A stretch of 64,000 bases of DNA, taken from positions 403,652 to 467,651 of the forward strand of contig JADKCP010000004.1 of the NCBI GenBank assembly GCA_016718805.1, given 5' to 3'. Within the stretch, counting starts at the first letter, position 1. Every line of letters begins with the position of its first letter. Below the pieces are notes generated by a model. That model was not told where the DNA came from, did no database searches, and saw only the letters and a program-made list of their open reading frames with translations. The DNA is from Bacteroidota bacterium. GTDB taxonomy: Bacteria > Bacteroidota > Bacteroidia > UBA4408. Shown piece after piece: positions 61,094 to 64,000 of this stretch. The translations under genes were made by a program, and so were the position numbers.

Positions 61094-61891
61094 ATGTCTA
61101 ATTCGAAATCAAAGTTATTCACTGTTTTTCGTGCTATTGCATTTTTATTGGGAACTTTTATTTTGCCTGCTCTTCCGTCAATAGCGCAACAGGACTATGT
61201 TGAAACTAGCAACAAAAAGAAGAGTTTTTATTTTACCATTAGTCAAGAACAAGGATTAACCATAAACCTCGCTGAGAAGCAAAACAGACCTGATTATAAG
61301 CAAGTGGCAACTGCAAATTTGCAAGTGGGACTAAGTGCAAAACTTGACTATAAGAATTACTTTGTCTCTATTGGTTACTTCCATCATGGCTACACAGTTG
61401 GTGTTAGCTCGCAAGATGAAGCAATTAATACAGGCCGGCAACACAAAAGCACGAGCGATTTTTATGCCTATAAACGTATACCGCTTAAACTTGGGTATTG
61501 CTTTGAAACGGGCAAAACTTGGCTTACTGTTTCGCCTTTTATTGCAGAAAATTTATTGCATAGCAATCGTTCAGGAATTTCTTTTACAAGTAATGGAAGT
61601 GGTTTATCAATGAGCTCTGAAGATACCATTTTTACTACAACTCAAACAAGTATGGCTCGTCCTTATCGCAAGCTTTTTGCACCCGGTGCAGGAATATTGC
61701 TTTGTGCCGGAAAAAATTTTTTCAAAATTTCACTACTTGCCGAATACTTTCAAGCTAGTAAAAATTGGACAGAAATTCGCGATATTTATACGCGCGATTC
61801 AAAGGTACAGGGCTTTTACACGCATACAGAATATTATCATTCAAAAGCACGAACAATAAACTTAAGTTTGCTGCTCAGTTTCCGTTTTTAA
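61094..61891 (+). CDS. Hypothetical outer-membrane beta-barrel protein.
   Basis: Signal peptide, alternating hydrophobic strands and a C-terminal Phe (...LLLSFRF). Confidence 0.45.
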   Translation: MSNSKSKLFTVFRAIAFLLGTFILPALPSIAQQDYVETSNKKKSFYFTISQEQGLTINLAEKQNRPDYKQVATANLQVGLSAKLDYKNYFVSIGYFHHGYTVGVSSQDEAINTGRQHKSTSDFYAYKRIPLKLGYCFETGKTWLTVSPFIAENLLHSNRSGISFTSNGSGLSMSSEDTIFTTTQTSMARPYRKLFAPGAGILLCAGKNFFKISLLAEYFQASKNWTEIRDIYTRDSKVQGFYTHTEYYHSKARTINLSLLLSFRF

Positions 61892-61918
61892 CTTGCATCT
61901 CAAATTGATTAATTGCCC

Positions 61919-63379
61919 ATGAAAAAGATTCTATTTATTTGTGGATTGCTTTATAGTTTTAGTGTGTTATCACAAAACAAATTAAGCATTATAGGAAGTG
62001 CTGAATGTTGTGATGGAGATACTATTACACTTACTTCAGACAACTATTATTTAGGTAAAAAATCTGAATTCGTTACTACAATTAGTAAAGCCAATTCCTT
62101 TAGTTTTGTGGTTCCCATTGAAAAAACTTGTATTGTTGAATTGAAGCACAAATCGAAGCTGAGCTATATTTATGCTGAGCCCAATTCAGAACTTCATCTA
62201 AAACTAAGTAGTGCGAATGAAATTATTTTTGATGAAAATGAATCGGCCAACAATGTGTTTCTTCAGCAATTTAATACGCAGTTTTTTGCTGATTTTGATA
62301 AACCAACATTAGAGAAAAAAATGTTGGAACAAAACATTGATGCTTTTGAAATTGATGTGTTTGTCGCCAAACAAAAGCAACATACTTTTTTATCGAACTA
62401 TGATTTGAATGCAAAATTGAGCGACACTTTTAAGCAGCTAATTAAAAAACGAATAAATTACAATTATTGGTTTTGCTTGCTTGATTTTCCTGCTGTAAAT
62501 GCAAATTCGGCGAAGGCAAAAATAGTAAAAGCGCTACCTGCAATTATGTTGGAAAGTTTGGATAAAACAACTGTTGTTGATGAAGAAGCAATGATGCTTG
62601 AAAGCTACCGTGAATTTATTGCGGCGTATGTTACTTACTTTAATTCGGAAGCCAATGGTTTTAATACTTTCCATGATTTTAATACGGCTGTGGAGCGTAA
62701 ATGCAACTTCGCTAAAAACCATTTAAGTGGTACTCCTTACTCGTATTTTGTGTGCAAGCAATTGCTCGAATATTGCGAAAAAATGACTCCATCCTTGGTA
62801 AAGGAGCTTCATAAAAACTTTGAAATTCTTGATAAAAAAGGAGCTTATTCAGCTCTTGCAAAAGAAAAATGTGGCGACCGAATGAATGAAAAAGACCCTA
62901 AAAAAATAAGTCAAGTTAAAAGCGAAAGCCCTCGAGAAACTGCTGCATCTGCAGGAAACCAAGCACCTAAATTTATTGATAAGAATGGGAAAGAAGTTTC
63001 ATTAAACAGTTTAAAAGGAAAAGTACTTTATGTTGATTTTTGGGCTAGCTGGTGCGGCCCCTGTAGAATGCAATTTCCATTTTCGAAAACACTTCATTCA
63101 AATTTAACCGATAAACAAAAAAAGCAAATTGAATTTGTTTACATCAGTATTGATGATGATGAATCGCGCTGGAAAAAAGGAATTGAAGACAATCAACTTG
63201 ATTATGGTGTACAGTTACTGTCGCCGGGTGGATGGAAATCGAAAGCATGCAGCTATTATCAAATAAACAGTATACCTCGCTACATGATTATTGATCAAAA
63301 AGGGAATATTGTAAATATCAATGCCACTCGTCCGTCGGATGAAAATACATTGAAAGAATTGTTAGATCTACTGAAGTAA
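61919..63379 (+). CDS. TlpA-like thiol-disulfide oxidoreductase (thioredoxin fold) with an N-terminal extra domain.
   Basis: C-terminal VLYVDFWASWCGPCRMQFP is a CxxC thioredoxin motif. Signal peptide MKKILFICGLLYSFSVLSQ. Confidence 0.75.
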   Translation: MKKILFICGLLYSFSVLSQNKLSIIGSAECCDGDTITLTSDNYYLGKKSEFVTTISKANSFSFVVPIEKTCIVELKHKSKLSYIYAEPNSELHLKLSSANEIIFDENESANNVFLQQFNTQFFADFDKPTLEKKMLEQNIDAFEIDVFVAKQKQHTFLSNYDLNAKLSDTFKQLIKKRINYNYWFCLLDFPAVNANSAKAKIVKALPAIMLESLDKTTVVDEEAMMLESYREFIAAYVTYFNSEANGFNTFHDFNTAVERKCNFAKNHLSGTPYSYFVCKQLLEYCEKMTPSLVKELHKNFEILDKKGAYSALAKEKCGDRMNEKDPKKISQVKSESPRETAASAGNQAPKFIDKNGKEVSLNSLKGKVLYVDFWASWCGPCRMQFPFSKTLHSNLTDKQKKQIEFVYISIDDDESRWKKGIEDNQLDYGVQLLSPGGWKSKACSYYQINSIPRYMIIDQKGNIVNINATRPSDENTLKELLDLLK

Positions 63380-63401
63380 CCATCCAATCCTAAAAAATCA
63401 A

Positions 63402-63974
63402 TTGACACATCGGCATTTTATTTTTCACAAACCCTTTGGCTATTTAAGTCAGTTTGTATGTGAACTAAAAAAGAAAAAACTGTTGGGGGAATTGTATGAT
63501 TTTCCGGAAGGAACTATGGCCATTGGACGTTTAGATGAAGATAGTGAAGGGCTATTACTGCTCACTACTGATGGTAAGGTGAGCGAACAAATTCGCAGCA
63601 AAAATATAACTAAAGAATATTATGCACAGGTAGATGGATTAATTACTCCAGCTGCTATTAATCAATTGCAACAAGGGGTTGAAATTGGTGTAAGAAATGT
63701 AAAATACACTACCTTGCCCTGTAGTGCTTTTATCTTAAAAGAAGATCCCGGCTTTGCAACCAGAACAAAAAAAATACGCGACGATAGACATGGTCCTACT
63801 TGTTGGATATCGATTACACTTAATGAAGGAAAAGTACGTCAGGTGCGAAAAATGACTGCTGCAGTGGGATTTCCCACATTACGACTTGTTCGGGTACGAA
63901 TAGGCAACATAAATTTAGATGGGCTTTCAGCAGGAGAAGTGATTGAATCTTCCTCCCTGCCACAGGATATATAA
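63402..63974 (+). CDS. Pseudouridine synthase of the RsuA/RluE family.
   Basis: HKPFGYLSQF...GRLDEDSEGLLLLTTDG is the catalytic Asp motif of the family. Confidence 0.85.
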   Translation: MTHRHFIFHKPFGYLSQFVCELKKKKLLGELYDFPEGTMAIGRLDEDSEGLLLLTTDGKVSEQIRSKNITKEYYAQVDGLITPAAINQLQQGVEIGVRNVKYTTLPCSAFILKEDPGFATRTKKIRDDRHGPTCWISITLNEGKVRQVRKMTAAVGFPTLRLVRVRIGNINLDGLSAGEVIESSSLPQDI

Positions 63975-64000
63975 ACTAGAGTTCTTAAGTTAAATATCTG

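Overview
This is a 64-kb chromosomal segment, AT-rich and most likely from a Bacteroidota genome. The evidence for that placement is the many proteins ending in T9SS C-terminal sorting domains (type A Por_Secre_tail-like, and one type B CHU_C-like), the absence of obvious Shine-Dalgarno sites, and the gene content. The region is a mix of housekeeping genes and accessory features.

Housekeeping genes I can support: etfBA, thyA-folA with a nucleoside transporter and a bifunctional nuclease, the rimP-nusA-infB operon, der, rbfA, asnS, a PdhB-like E1 beta subunit, pdxA, rnhA, sppA, an ABC-F ATPase, an FtsX-like permease, and a pseudouridine synthase.

Accessory features:
- Three head-to-tail paralogous T9SS cargo genes with BNR/Ycf48-like propeller repeats plus Ig-like modules (positions 1-6234).
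- Two giant tandem paralogs of 1563 aa and at least 1317 aa, built from repeated Ig-like plus GETEDY (GEVED-like) modules (47580-56517). The second one has a frameshift-disrupted sorting domain.
- A PKD-repeat protein with a T9SS type-B domain.

The two most unusual observations:
- A tRNA-Ala(GGC) gene is followed, on its own strand and before its terminator, by 10 tandem 63-68 bp units. Each unit re-duplicates the 3'-terminal ~31 nt of the tRNA plus a 34-nt palindrome/poly-A flank.
- An SOS-type mutagenesis operon (radical-SAM COG1533-like, then a catalytically intact DinB with a ~210-aa C-terminal extension, then DnaE2) is transcribed divergently from a non-canonical LexA-like repressor (HTH_XRE plus S24 peptidase). 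That repressor's reading frame is broken at an A9 homopolymer.

Both tRNAs (Met/CAT and Ala/GGC, each on the minus strand) are followed by long hairpin terminators that share a GAGAATGAGAATGAG motif. I found no CRISPR, transposase or integrase.
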